Below, in pieces: positions 27,224-36,720 of a stretch of DNA of 42,130 nucleotides. The translations under genes were made by a program, and so were the position numbers. Below the pieces are notes generated by a model that was not told where the DNA came from, searched no databases, and saw nothing but the letters and a program-made list of their open reading frames with translations. The DNA is from Gemmatimonadales bacterium (GTDB lineage: Bacteria > Gemmatimonadota > Gemmatimonadetes > Gemmatimonadales > Gemmatimonadaceae), in contig JBIOHX010000001.1 of assembly GCA_044449465.1 (NCBI GenBank), forward strand, positions 1-42,130, in the 5' to 3' direction. Each line of letters opens with the position of its first letter. Position 1 is the stretch's first letter.

Positions 27224-27886
27224 ATGGCATCGGTTGACGCCCGTGATCGTCGGGCGTGGACCCTTCTTTCGATCGTCGCCGGTGTGGTGTGTATCGCCGG
27301 GTTCGTTGCAACCGGCGAGGCCGGCGACCGGACTCGGCGAAGCCTTGTCGATCGCACGGTGCAGCGCTGGATCGTCGCGCATCAAAACGGGTCGGTCGCG
27401 GACTTCTTCCATCAGGTGACGAACCTTGGCGGACCCACAGTCATGTGGGTCGTCGCGGCGTTGGGTGCGGGATATCTAGCGTTTCGTATCAAACGCTACC
27501 GGGTGGTGTTCGTCTGGTTGCCGTCGGCCATCACGATCGCGCTGCTGGACCGCGTCAAAGGCGCATACGGGCGGCCGAGGCCGACGGGCCCCGGAAGCGG
27601 AGTGGACAGCGACTATTCGTTCCCATCCGCGCACGCGACGGCCGCGGCCGCGGTATGCTGCACACTCGCGTTCGCCTTCTGGCGTGAGGGGCTGATCAGA
27701 ACGCGCACTGCAATTGCATTTGCGGTACTTCCCCCGCTGCTCGTGGGGCTCAGTCGCCTGTACCTCAATGCGCACTGGGTTACTGACGTCTTGGGGGGAT
27801 GGTGCGCCGGCCTGCTCATGGCATTAATCGCGGGATTTCTCTACGTGCTCGCAGAACGACACGAATCGATGGGCGGTAATCCATGA
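27224..27886 (+). CDS. PAP2-family membrane phosphatase
   Basis: PAP2 motifs KGAYGRPRP, SFPSAH and SRLYLNAHWVTD are present within multiple transmembrane helices. Confidence 0.8.
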   Translation: MASVDARDRRAWTLLSIVAGVVCIAGFVATGEAGDRTRRSLVDRTVQRWIVAHQNGSVADFFHQVTNLGGPTVMWVVAALGAGYLAFRIKRYRVVFVWLPSAITIALLDRVKGAYGRPRPTGPGSGVDSDYSFPSAHATAAAAVCCTLAFAFWREGLIRTRTAIAFAVLPPLLVGLSRLYLNAHWVTDVLGGWCAGLLMALIAGFLYVLAERHESMGGNP

Positions 27887-28725
27887 TAGGCCGACCGTCG
27901 CATCGCCATATGCTACGCGTGACGGTCGCGTTGCTTCTGCTAGGAACGCTCGCCGGGCAGCATGCGCGCGCGCAGGAAGCGCTGATTTCCGGCCGCGACA
28001 TCGCGCTTACGGCAGTGGCCACGGTTGGCGCGATCGGGTTGTCGCGCGAAGACAGTCGCATGGCGCGCGTGTTCAGCGATTCAGGTTTCCACGCGCGGCA
28101 CACGGGCTTCGAGACGGCGGCGAAGCGCGCGAGCTTCGTCACCGAGACGGTGCTCATGGGCACTGGTGGTCTGGTGTACGGCATCGCGCGCTGGCGGAAG
28201 GGCGACGGCACGGCCGATGTCGCCCTTCACTCGACGGAGTCGGTCGCCGGGGCGGCAATGTTCATTCAGGTCGTCCGCGGCGCGCTTGGCCGTGCGCGGC
28301 CGTATCTCGTCGACGACAACGGCAAGCGCCGCGACGGCGAGCCCTATGATTTCGACTTCTTGCACGGCTTCACGAGCTTCAACTATCGCTCATTTCCATC
28401 GATGCATGCGATGGCGAGCTTCGCGGTAGCCAGTGCGCTTACCGAGGAAATGCGCGTTCGCCACACGCCGGATCGCCAGGTCATCGGACCGGCTCTATAC
28501 GTTGGCGCCGCGATGCCGGCGCTCGCTCGCATGTATCTCGACGAGCATTGGCTCAGCGACATCGGCATGGGCGTGTTTCTGGGTGTGCTCTCCGGGCAGA
28601 AGGTCGTGCTCTACAGTCACGCGCACCCGAACAACGTGATCGATCGTAGGTTTCTTCGTCCGAGGGTGCAAGCGAACGTGCGAATCGACGCGCGTGGCGT
28701 GTCGTTCGCGATGTCGCCTTTCTGA
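27883..28725 (+). CDS. PAP2-family phosphatase (second, tandem copy)
   Basis: PAP2 motifs [15 protein letters not shown] and [12 protein letters not shown] are present. The start forms an ATGA overlap with the preceding PAP2 gene, and the N-terminus looks like a signal peptide. Confidence 0.8.
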   Translation: MIGRPSHRHMLRVTVALLLLGTLAGQHARAQEALISGRDIALTAVATVGAIGLSREDSRMARVFSDSGFHARHTGFETAAKRASFVTETVLMGTGGLVYGIARWRKGDGTADVALHSTESVAGAAMFIQVVRGALGRARPYLVDDNGKRRDGEPYDFDFLHGFTSFNYRSFPSMHAMASFAVASALTEEMRVRHTPDRQVIGPALYVGAAMPALARMYLDEHWLSDIGMGVFLGVLSGQKVVLYSHAHPNNVIDRRFLRPRVQANVRIDARGVSFAMSPF

Positions 28726-28744
28726 CCCGTCGAGGAGCGAGCCG

Positions 28745-29026
28745 ATGGACATCAAACGCGCAGGCACGCAAGCGTCGGTAGTCGGCAATGCCGATTGGTT
28801 CACCGGGAGCGTTCGAATCGATCCGCTGTTTCAGGCGTCCGCTCCGGCGCGCGCAGCGGCAGTGCAAGTGACGTTCGAGCCTGGCGCGCTCCCTCCGGTG
28901 GAAAAGCGCTGGCACGGCGCGTCACCGACGACGGCCTTGACGCATATCGCGGTGCAAGAGTCGCTGGACGGCGGGAATGTCGACTGGATGGAGCAGGTGA
29001 CCGACGCACAGTATTCAGCGAGCTAG
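28745..29026 (+). CDS. Cupin-family protein remnant with an apparent in-frame internal deletion (possible pseudogene)
   Basis: The sequence [29 protein letters not shown]...VTFEPGA then jumps to [42 protein letters not shown]. The H-x-H metal-binding motif 1 expected between these blocks is absent. The product is 93 aa, versus about 130-150 aa as I recall for this family. Confidence 0.55.
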   Translation: MDIKRAGTQASVVGNADWFTGSVRIDPLFQASAPARAAAVQVTFEPGALPPVEKRWHGASPTTALTHIAVQESLDGGNVDWMEQVTDAQYSAS

Positions 29027-29110
29027 CAAGCAAACGAGGCGACGGGGCGCTCAGTGGCTGGAGGTGTCGGCGCTCGGCCCCTTGGATGCATGGGCTGAGT
29101 CAGAGCTATC

Positions 29111-29701
29111 TCAGCGCCCGAGCAGCGTTCGCTCGAGACCGATTCGCAACGCCGTATGCGTCTCGCCCTGGCCGCCGCGCTTGAACGTCGGCGCAGCGAC
29201 GACCGCCCAATGCGGCGCCGGTGCGAGAACGTAGCCGAGCAATCCGCCGGCGAGCATGCCGCCGATGGCGAGCACGTCGCCAGTGGTGACGTACGTTCGG
29301 TCGTACTGGGTGGCGATGTCGGCGCGGCGTCGCTCCTGGGCGCAACCGCTTTCGTCCTGGCGGCAGAGCCCGAAGTAATAGTATGACGCGCCGGCTGCGA
29401 CACCGAGCAGCGCGCCGACCGACGCCGATATGGTGCGGGCTCGCGCGTCGCGCTCGACCTCGAGACGCGTGATCTGCGAAAGCGGGATGTCGCGTGGCAG
29501 CGACGCGGAGTCGTCCGGCGCTAGCACGACCTGCTCGGGGTCCAATCGGACGACGTGGCCGACGATGGAGGCGCTGTCGCCCGCGGCCGAGAGGCGGACG
29601 TGATCGCCGCGCAGGAGCGGGCGTTGCGTATTCGGCAGTTGCGCTGCGGAACTGGAAAGTGCCAACCCGAAGGAGACGAAGACGAGTGCGAGGTAGCGCA
29701 T
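29111..29701 (-). CDS. Hypothetical exported/membrane protein
   Basis: A 196-aa ORF with a signal-peptide-like N-terminus MRYLALVFVSFGLALSSSAAQ and two Gly/Ala-rich hydrophobic segments. I recognise no family. Confidence 0.5.
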   Translation of the reverse strand: MRYLALVFVSFGLALSSSAAQLPNTQRPLLRGDHVRLSAAGDSASIVGHVVRLDPEQVVLAPDDSASLPRDIPLSQITRLEVERDARARTISASVGALLGVAAGASYYYFGLCRQDESGCAQERRRADIATQYDRTYVTTGDVLAIGGMLAGGLLGYVLAPAPHWAVVAAPTFKRGGQGETHTALRIGLERTLLGR

Positions 29702-29773
29702 GGGAAATCCGACTCGGGCTGGATGGACGGCGAACCGTCGTCGGCTCGATCCCGAATACCCGAGATTGATGCG

Positions 29774-30220
29774 TCAGGTTCCCCCGGTTGTCGGCGGCCG
29801 CTTCGTCTTCTTTTTGCCCCCAGCAACATTGAGCGCGACTGCGGCCTTCACCAGCGACTTGAACGCTCGCTCATCGAGGTCCTCGCCTTCGTGAATGTCG
29901 ATGGCACGGCGGACGTTGCCGTCGAGACTCGAGTTGAAGAGATGCGCCGGGTCCGGTAATGACGCGCCTTTGGCGAATGTGGTCTTCACGACGTTCTTGT
30001 ACGACTCGCCCGTGCAGATCAGTCCATCGTGCGACCAGACCGGCGTCCCCATCCACTTCCACTCCTCGACGACGTCGGGATCGGCGGCATGGATGGCCTT
30101 GCGGATCTTCGCCAGCATCTTGCCGCGCCAGTCTCCCAGCTCGGCGATCCTCTCGTCGATCAGGGTCGACGCGGATGCGCGAGCCGTTGATGTCGACGCC
30201 TTCTTGGCAGCAGGGGCCAT
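29774..30220 (-). CDS. DUF1801 (YdhG-like) domain protein
   Basis: The sequence from the ATG at 30220 is MAPAAKKAST...IDERIAELGDWRGKMLAKIRKAIHAADPDVVEEWKWMGTPVWSHDGLICTGESYKNVVKTTFAKGASL. The track ORF extends to 30547 through a non-protein-like extension that overlaps the VOC gene. Confidence 0.75.
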   Translation of the reverse strand: MAPAAKKASTSTARASASTLIDERIAELGDWRGKMLAKIRKAIHAADPDVVEEWKWMGTPVWSHDGLICTGESYKNVVKTTFAKGASLPDPAHLFNSSLDGNVRRAIDIHEGEDLDERAFKSLVKAAVALNVAGGKKKTKRPPTTGGT

Positions 30221-30261
30221 GCGCTTTTCTCCCGGGATAAGACTTCGTGAACGCCAGGTGA

Positions 30262-30660
30262 TCAACCTTGCCAGCGATCGAGCTTGACGATCTGGATGCG
30301 ATTGCCGCAAGTGTCGTTCAGCACGGCAATCGTGGAACCTGTCACTTTGGTCGGCGCCATCGTGAACTCCGCGCCGAGCGGTGTCATGCGGTCGAATTCG
30401 TGCTGTACATCGTCCACGTAGAACAACGCCACCGGCTGGCTCTGGTCGAACATCGCCTTCTGGTAAGCCTGGGCCGCCGGATTGTTGTTGAGGGCCAGCT
30501 GGAGCTCGGTACCGTCCGGCTCCTCGGGAGAGCGAACGGTCAGCCACCTGAAAGGGCCTTGGCTGAAGTCCGCCTTCTTCACGAAGCCCAGCACGTCGGT
30601 GTAGAAGCGCAGCGCTTTGTCCTGGTCGTTCACGTAGACGCTCGTGAGCTTGATCTTCAT
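30262..30660 (-). CDS. VOC / glyoxalase-bleomycin resistance family protein
   Basis: A 132-aa ORF, MKIKLTSVYVNDQDKALRFYTDVLGF...GTELQL...ALFYVDDVQHEFDRM..GAEF, showing the typical paired beta-alpha-beta-beta-beta pattern. Confidence 0.85.
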   Translation of the reverse strand: MKIKLTSVYVNDQDKALRFYTDVLGFVKKADFSQGPFRWLTVRSPEEPDGTELQLALNNNPAAQAYQKAMFDQSQPVALFYVDDVQHEFDRMTPLGAEFTMAPTKVTGSTIAVLNDTCGNRIQIVKLDRWQG

Positions 30661-30685
30661 GTCAATCTCTCCTATTAGGGTAGTG

Positions 30686-31234
30686 TCACGCGTTGGGGAG
30701 TGAGCTGGTCACTCCAAACTGCTCGGCATACTCGGCGTGCAGCCGTTGCCAGCCGAACTTCATCGCGGCTCCGCCGACGAGGCGGCCGATGGGCTGGCCT
30801 CCGAGCAACCGGTCGAGCACATCGAGGCAGATGTGCCAGCCGGCCGCGCCCATCGCGACGTAGCGGCGATCGATGTTGTGCCAGAGCGTGAGGCGCGTGC
30901 CGTTCGGCAACGGCTCGAGCTCCCAGCGGATGTCGTTTCCGCCCCAGCTGTACTCGAGCAGCCTCGGAGCTTCGGCCCGCGTGACGTTCGTCTCTGAGAC
31001 CTGTGGGGTAGGAGCAGCGACGGTGGAGAGCGTCGCGGGGCCAGTCGCACCGAGGTTCCGGTCGGCGTCGAACGGCGCCCACTCGCGCAGCTCTGCGGGA
31101 TCGGTGAGCGCTTGCCAGACCTTCGTTGGCGAATGATGCAGCTCTCGAACGAGCACGAGCGTCCATCGGTCGCCGTCCTTGCGGACGTGGGCACCAGCGG
31201 CGGGGCCCGATGCGTAGTCGGCGCGCGTGCTCAT
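30686..31234 (-). CDS. SRPBCC / AHSA1-like domain protein
   Basis: A 182-aa ORF with ...VRELHHSPTKVWQALTDPAELREWAPFD...RLLEYSWGGNDIRWELEPLPNGTRLTLWH.... Its start overlaps the end of the ArsR gene by 4 nt, which is the common ArsR-AHSA1 pairing. Confidence 0.8.
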   Translation of the reverse strand: MSTRADYASGPAAGAHVRKDGDRWTLVLVRELHHSPTKVWQALTDPAELREWAPFDADRNLGATGPATLSTVAAPTPQVSETNVTRAEAPRLLEYSWGGNDIRWELEPLPNGTRLTLWHNIDRRYVAMGAAGWHICLDVLDRLLGGQPIGRLVGGAAMKFGWQRLHAEYAEQFGVTSSLPNA

Positions 31235-31599
31235 CGCCTCGGTTCCTTTTTTGACGTGGTTGGTTTGGTCGGCTTCCTGGTCTTGGGAGCCGAGCGCTCC
31301 AGTCGGTCGAGGTGCCGCTCGAGCGCGTCGAGGTGGGCGGACCAGAAGCGCCGGAAGGGAGCGAGCCAGGCGTCGACTTCCCTGAGCGGCTCGGCTCTGA
31401 TCCGGTAGACGCGGCGTTGTGCGTCGACGCGCGCCTCGACGAGTCCGGCCTTTCGGAGCACGCCGAGGTGCTTGGAGACCGAGGGTTGCGGCATGCGGAG
31501 CTTGTGCTCGATCTCGCTGACGGAGCGCTCGGAGGAGGCGAGCAGGCTCAAGATCGCCCGACGGCTCGGCTCGGCGATGATGCCAAAGGCAGATTCCAT
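31231..31599 (-). CDS. ArsR/SmtB-family transcriptional regulator
   Basis: The sequence from the ATG at 31599 is MESAFGIIAEPSRRAILSLLASSERSVSEIEHKLRMPQPSVSKHLGVLRKAGLVEARVDAQRRVYRI. Confidence 0.85.
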   Translation of the reverse strand: MESAFGIIAEPSRRAILSLLASSERSVSEIEHKLRMPQPSVSKHLGVLRKAGLVEARVDAQRRVYRIRAEPLREVDAWLAPFRRFWSAHLDALERHLDRLERSAPKTRKPTKPTTSKKEPRR

Positions 31600-31733
31600 G
31601 GCCAGTATATACGCGATGGGGTATATACTTGTCAAGCCATGCTTATCGGGCGGATCTCTGGTGGCCGGGTAGCGCTTGCGCGGGCCCCGTCCTGTGCGGT
31701 AGCGTCACCTGCATCCCGAGACGAGATGGACAG

Positions 31734-33827
31734 ATGGTCAGCATGCACCGATATGCCAGGGCGATGGTCGCTCTCGCGTCATGTGTCGCGGCCGGGCCGG
31801 CCGCCGCCCAGTCGACGGCCCAAGCGCGGCATTTCCCGACGAATGAAGACCTGCGCCACACGCGCGCGGTCGACGATCCGCAGCTCTCGCCGGACGGACG
31901 GTACGTGCTCGCCGCCGTCGCCGACCCAACTGTCGATGGCGCGCGGCGTCATCTCTGGATCGTCGATGTCGCGAGCGGCGCAGCCCGGCAGCTCACGTTT
32001 TCGCCCACGGGCATGAAGAGCGGCGAGGCTCGCGGCCGCTGGTCGGCCGACGGCAGCTCCATCTTCTTCACTGCGCGCCGGGGCGACGAAACGCAACTCT
32101 TCAAGCTGCCGATGGCCGGCGGAGAAGCGGTGCCGTTCGATCTCAAGGTTGTTCCGCCGGTGGATGCATCGCGGGCGCGCGATGCGGTCGACGGCTCGCG
32201 TGAGAGCGCAGCACCGGCCCCGCTCGCGCTCGATGTGACCGGCTACGCACTGTCCCCCGACGGTGCGTACGCGGCCATCGTCGCCCGCGATCCAGCCACG
32301 CCGGGTGAGAAGAAGCAGCGGATCGACAAGGCGGACGCGGTCTGGGTCGACCACGATCTCCACGGAACCCGCGCCTATCTGCTCGACCTTCATTCCGGCG
32401 TGCTGCGCCCGGTCGCGGTGCCGCCAAACGTGGGCGGCGTCGCCTGGTCGCATGCGTCGGACCGCCTCGTGCTGGTGAGCGGCGCTACGAACGGCGCCGG
32501 CGATCTCGCCCCGGCGGATACCACGTGGCTCGTGTCGGCTGCCGATCCGCTTCATCCAAAGCAGCTCACGACCGTGCCACCGACCGTCGAGAGCGTGGTC
32601 TGGTCGGCCGACGACTCGCGCTTGTTCTTCACTGCCCAAGCCGAGTCTGACGCGCCGCCAGGCACCGTCGACCTGTTTGCGCTCACGCCGGCGACCGGCG
32701 CGATCAAGAATCTCTCAAAGGGCTTTCAGACCGCGCGCGACGGAGTTGGCGCCGCGGCGTTGGACGACGGCACTGGCGTCATCGCCGATGTGCTGCGAGG
32801 GACCGCGGCGGGCTATGCGCATGTCGATCCCGCAACCGCGGCATTCACGCCGATCGAGCTCGGCGCCGGCGTCGTGACGCAACTTGGGACGAACGCGCAT
32901 CGGACGGGCTGGGTGTACGCGCGCACCGCGGGCGATGAGCCCGCAGCGCTCTACTACACGCCGGCACTCGGCAAAGCGGCGACCCGACTGTCGCTGCCGG
33001 CGACAGCGGGCGATTGGCGCGCGATGAAGCCATTGGTAGTGCATTGGAAGAGCGATGGACTCAGCATTGATGGATTGCTCTTTCTGCCTCCCGAGGCCGC
33101 CTCGCGCCGCGTACCGCTCATTGTCAACGTGCACGGTGGTCCGGCCGGCGGATGGCGCGACAGCTATCAACCGCTCACGCAATTCCTGCTCGGGCAGGGT
33201 TGGGCCGTGCTCGAGCCCAATCCGCGCGGCAGCACCGGGTACGGCACCACGTTCGCCGCGGCGAACAAGAACGACCTCGGCGGCGGCGACTATCGCGACG
33301 TCATGGCCGGCGTCGACGCGGTCGTCCGCGCCGACTCGATCGATGCATCGAAGCTCGCGCTCATCGGCTACAGCTACGGCGGTGAGATGGCCGGATTCGT
33401 CGAGGGCAAGACCGACCGGTTCAAGGCCATCGTCTCGGGTGCGCCTGTGATCGACCAGTTCAGCGAGTACGGCACCGAGGGCGGCTCGTGGTACGACCGC
33501 TGGTATTTCGGCAAGCCCTGGGAGCGCATGGCGGATGCATGGCGGCAGAGTCCGCTGTCAGGCGTAAGTCACGCGAAGACGCCGTTTCTGCTGTTACAAG
33601 GCGAGGAGGATACGACCGATCCGATCGGACAGTCGCTCGAGATGTATCGTGCGCTGCGCCAGGCGGGCGTCGCCGCGGAGCTCGTGACCTATCCGCGCGA
33701 GAACCATGGGCCGCTGTCGGCGGGAATAAACGGAAGCCCCAGTCCAGAGCCCTGGCACGGTTTCGACGGTCGCCAGAGAATCGTTAACTTCATCTCGACG
33801 GCGTTCGGGGGGACGGCGCCGCGCTGA
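31734..33827 (+). CDS. S9-family serine peptidase (prolyl oligopeptidase / acylaminoacyl-peptidase type), secreted
   Basis: A signal peptide runs from the ATG at 31734 (MVSMHRYARAMVALASCVAAGPAAAQS), followed by a beta-propeller region. The catalytic motifs are GYSYGG, LLLQGEEDTTDP and YPRENHG. Confidence 0.9.
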   Translation: MVSMHRYARAMVALASCVAAGPAAAQSTAQARHFPTNEDLRHTRAVDDPQLSPDGRYVLAAVADPTVDGARRHLWIVDVASGAARQLTFSPTGMKSGEARGRWSADGSSIFFTARRGDETQLFKLPMAGGEAVPFDLKVVPPVDASRARDAVDGSRESAAPAPLALDVTGYALSPDGAYAAIVARDPATPGEKKQRIDKADAVWVDHDLHGTRAYLLDLHSGVLRPVAVPPNVGGVAWSHASDRLVLVSGATNGAGDLAPADTTWLVSAADPLHPKQLTTVPPTVESVVWSADDSRLFFTAQAESDAPPGTVDLFALTPATGAIKNLSKGFQTARDGVGAAALDDGTGVIADVLRGTAAGYAHVDPATAAFTPIELGAGVVTQLGTNAHRTGWVYARTAGDEPAALYYTPALGKAATRLSLPATAGDWRAMKPLVVHWKSDGLSIDGLLFLPPEAASRRVPLIVNVHGGPAGGWRDSYQPLTQFLLGQGWAVLEPNPRGSTGYGTTFAAANKNDLGGGDYRDVMAGVDAVVRADSIDASKLALIGYSYGGEMAGFVEGKTDRFKAIVSGAPVIDQFSEYGTEGGSWYDRWYFGKPWERMADAWRQSPLSGVSHAKTPFLLLQGEEDTTDPIGQSLEMYRALRQAGVAAELVTYPRENHGPLSAGINGSPSPEPWHGFDGRQRIVNFISTAFGGTAPR

Positions 33828-33866
33828 TCGCGGACCAACGTCTCAACCCAACGGTGCGATAAGCGT

Positions 33867-35180
33867 ATGGACATTCCGTCGAACCCATCGGCCGCTGATG
33901 TCTGGCAGGTCAATCCGATGCATTGGCTGGCCGCGATCGTCGACTCCTCCGACGACGCGATCATCGGGAAGACGCTGGACAGCATAGTTCGCAGCTGGAA
34001 TGGGGGAGCGACCCGAATCTTTGGCTACACGGCCGACGAGATGGTCGGGCGCTCGATCGTGACCCTGATGCCGCCGGACCGCCAGCACGAGGAGCCGGCG
34101 ATCGTCGCGCGCCTGTCGCGCGGTGAGCGGGTCGATCATTACGAGACGGTGCGCATGCGAAAGGATGGCGCGCTGATCGATGTCTCGATCAGCGTCTCGC
34201 CGATTCGCGACGACGCGGGCCGGATCGTCGGTGCGGCTAAGATCGCGAGAGACGTCAGCGAGGAGCATCGACTGCGCCGTGCCGAACGCGTGCTGTCCGA
34301 GCAGCTTCAGGAGCAGGCGATCGAGCTCGAGCAACAGGCGGCCGAGCTCGAACAACAGGTCGACGAAGCGCAATCGCTACAGGAGGAGCTCGAGCAGACG
34401 AACGACGAGCTGCATCGGTCGCTGGAGGTCGCGCGGACGGCCCAGGACGCAGCCGAAGAGGCGAATCGCGCGAAGAGCGCGTTCGTGGCGACGATGAGCC
34501 ACGAGCTGCGGACGCCGCTCAACGCGATCGCCGGCTACGTCGATTTAATGGAGATGGGCATTCGAGGGGCGCTCACCAGCGCCCAGCAGGCGGACCTCGG
34601 GCGCATCAAGCAGAATCAACAGACGCTGCTGCGGCTGATCGAAGACGTGTTGGACTTCGCGAAGATAGAATCGGGGCGGGTAGAATTCGATGTCGCGGAG
34701 GTCCCGCTCGATGAGCTGCTGCACACACTCGAAGTCTTCATCGCGCCGACGCTGCAGCGGAAGCAGATCGAGTATCAGTTCGAGCCCTGCGGCGGCGGCG
34801 CCGTCGCGCTCGCCGATCGCGGAAAGGTCGAGCAGATCCTGCTCAACCTTCTGTCGAACGCCGCGAAGTTCATCCAGTCGGGACGGATCGAAGTTCGATG
34901 CGTCGTGCAAGATCGCTCGCTCGAAGTCCGGGTGACGGACACCGGACCTGGTATTCGACCGGAGCTCCTCGACAAGATCTTCGAACCGTTCATTCAGGCG
35001 GATCAGCAACTGACGCGAACGGCGGAGGGCACGGGCCTCGGCCTGTCGATCAGCCGGCAGCTCGCGCGTGGCATGCGGGGTGACGTGGTGGTGTCGAGCG
35101 TCGTTGGACGCGGGTCGACGTTTGCGCTCTTGCTGCCGCGGGCACAGCCGGGCAACGGGCTGGCTCAGGCTCAGCGATGA
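33867..35180 (+). CDS. PAS-domain sensor histidine kinase (no adjacent response regulator)
   Basis: A PAS domain (IVDSSDDAIIGKTLDSIVRSWNGGATRIFGYTADEMVG...) is followed by an E/Q-rich coiled coil, the HisKA H-box SAFVATMSHELRTPLNAI, and a HATPase_c domain (NLLSNAAKF...DTGPGI...GTGLGLSISRQLA). Confidence 0.9.
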   Translation: MDIPSNPSAADVWQVNPMHWLAAIVDSSDDAIIGKTLDSIVRSWNGGATRIFGYTADEMVGRSIVTLMPPDRQHEEPAIVARLSRGERVDHYETVRMRKDGALIDVSISVSPIRDDAGRIVGAAKIARDVSEEHRLRRAERVLSEQLQEQAIELEQQAAELEQQVDEAQSLQEELEQTNDELHRSLEVARTAQDAAEEANRAKSAFVATMSHELRTPLNAIAGYVDLMEMGIRGALTSAQQADLGRIKQNQQTLLRLIEDVLDFAKIESGRVEFDVAEVPLDELLHTLEVFIAPTLQRKQIEYQFEPCGGGAVALADRGKVEQILLNLLSNAAKFIQSGRIEVRCVVQDRSLEVRVTDTGPGIRPELLDKIFEPFIQADQQLTRTAEGTGLGLSISRQLARGMRGDVVVSSVVGRGSTFALLLPRAQPGNGLAQAQR

Positions 35181-36391
35181 AGCTAGTGATCTTCGCCTTT
35201 GCTGCGGCGGCGGCGTGTAGTCAGAGCCGGCCGACGGAACGCTACGGGTTCGTCGCCCGACTCGGCAACGACACCGTTTCGCTCGAGAGCGTGACGCGGA
35301 GCGGGAGCACGCTGACGAGCGACGAAGTCGACCGGTTCCCGCGCGTGCGGCAGCGCCACAGCGAGATCACGCTCGCACCCGATGGCGGCATTCGGCATCT
35401 CGTCATGGACATCACGACGCCGAGCGAGCCCGCGAACGAACGCCAGCGACATGTGGTGGCCGACGTGACGGGTGATTCGGTTCTCATGACCAAGCGCGAC
35501 GGGGAGAGCAACAAGCGCTGGGCGTTCGCCACGGGCGGTGCCACGGTCATGGCGCACGTCCCCCAGATGTACGGTCTCTACGAGCTGTACTTCGCATCGG
35601 CGCTCGGCCGTATGAAAAGGTCGACGTCAACGCCGGGCGACACCGTGCAGATGCGGCAATTCTACATCGACCGCGAGTTCGATCGCTTTCCGCTGCACCG
35701 CGCCGTAGTGCATCGTCTGCCGGGCGGCAGAGCCGAGATCTGGCACGACTGGTTGTCGGGTATCGGTGAGGCAACGGTCGATTCGGCGGGGCGGATGCTG
35801 AGCTACAGCGGAGCAAGGACGACGTATAAGGTCGACGTGACGCGACTCAATGAGCCGCCGAACGTTCGAGCCGTCGCGGCGCGCTTCGCCGAGAAGGAGA
35901 ACAAGGCTGGCGGCGTCACGCAGCTAAGCGTGCGTGACACGGCGCATGGCACAATCGGCGCGGCGACGTTCACCGTCGACTACGGACGTCCGCTTGCGCG
36001 TGGGCGGCAGCTCCTCGGCGACGTCATCCCCTTTGGGTATGTGTGGCGCACTGGCGCAAACGCGGCGACGCAGTTTACGACGTCCGCGCCGATCATTCTC
36101 GCGGGAATGAAAGTGCCCGCGGGGAGGTACACACTGTGGACGCTGCCGCAGCCGAACGGGACGGAGCTCATCGTCAACAAGCAGATCGGGCAGTGGGGCA
36201 CCGAATACGGTCGCGCGAACGACCTCGGCAGGGCAGCGATGGCGTCAGACACCGCCGCACCGCCGGTCGAGCAATTCACGATCTCGATCGTGGCGGAGAA
36301 TGCGCAGCGCGGTGCGCTCGTGATGGAGTGGGGCCCGTTCCGGTGGACGGCGCCGATCGTGGTTGAAACTGGTCATCCGCGCTCCTCGTAG
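35177..36391 (+). CDS. DUF2911 domain protein
   Basis: The C-terminal half, DYGRPLARGRQLLGDVIPFGYVWRTGANAATQFTTSAPIILAGMKVPAGRYTLWTLPQPNGTELIVNKQIGQWG, matches my recollection of DUF2911. The ATGA start overlaps the kinase stop. Confidence 0.8.
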   Translation: MKLVIFAFAAAAACSQSRPTERYGFVARLGNDTVSLESVTRSGSTLTSDEVDRFPRVRQRHSEITLAPDGGIRHLVMDITTPSEPANERQRHVVADVTGDSVLMTKRDGESNKRWAFATGGATVMAHVPQMYGLYELYFASALGRMKRSTSTPGDTVQMRQFYIDREFDRFPLHRAVVHRLPGGRAEIWHDWLSGIGEATVDSAGRMLSYSGARTTYKVDVTRLNEPPNVRAVAARFAEKENKAGGVTQLSVRDTAHGTIGAATFTVDYGRPLARGRQLLGDVIPFGYVWRTGANAATQFTTSAPIILAGMKVPAGRYTLWTLPQPNGTELIVNKQIGQWGTEYGRANDLGRAAMASDTAAPPVEQFTISIVAENAQRGALVMEWGPFRWTAPIVVETGHPRSS

Positions 36392-36406
36392 GGATTCCCG
36401 GGCCAA

Positions 36407-36718
36407 ATGGAGGCGGGTGTGCGCATTCTCTGGACGCTACTCAAGATCGCGATCGGACTCGCCATTGCGATCCCGGTCGGGCTGTTCGTGATGGCGATGA
36501 CGGTCGGCATCGTCGGCACGGTGGTGGGATTGGTGGCGATGGCCGTGCGCCTCGCGTGCATCGGGCTGGTGGGCTACGGACTGTACCGAGTCGGGCGCTT
36601 CTTCTTCGCGCCACGGGGCAGGGCGAGGCATGAGATGCCCGTTGTGCGGGAGCTGCCGAGCGCGGATCCGTACTACGCGGCAGCAATGCGAGAGCTCGAT
36701 TCCGAGCTGCGCGGGTGA
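36407..36718 (+). CDS. Small hypothetical membrane protein
   Basis: A 103-aa ORF with an ATG start. Two long hydrophobic helices (ILWTLLKIAIGLAIAIPVGLFVMAMTVGIVGTVVGLVAMAVRLACIGLVGYGLY) precede a charged tail. I recognise no family. Confidence 0.45.
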   Translation: MEAGVRILWTLLKIAIGLAIAIPVGLFVMAMTVGIVGTVVGLVAMAVRLACIGLVGYGLYRVGRFFFAPRGRARHEMPVVRELPSADPYYAAAMRELDSELRG

Positions 36719-36720
36719 CC

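Noticed and set aside
28811-28819. A tRNA T-arm-like GTTCGAATC
   Set aside because: It lies inside the cupin reading frame with no flanking acceptor or anticodon stem structure. I found no tRNA-like cloverleaf in any intergenic region.
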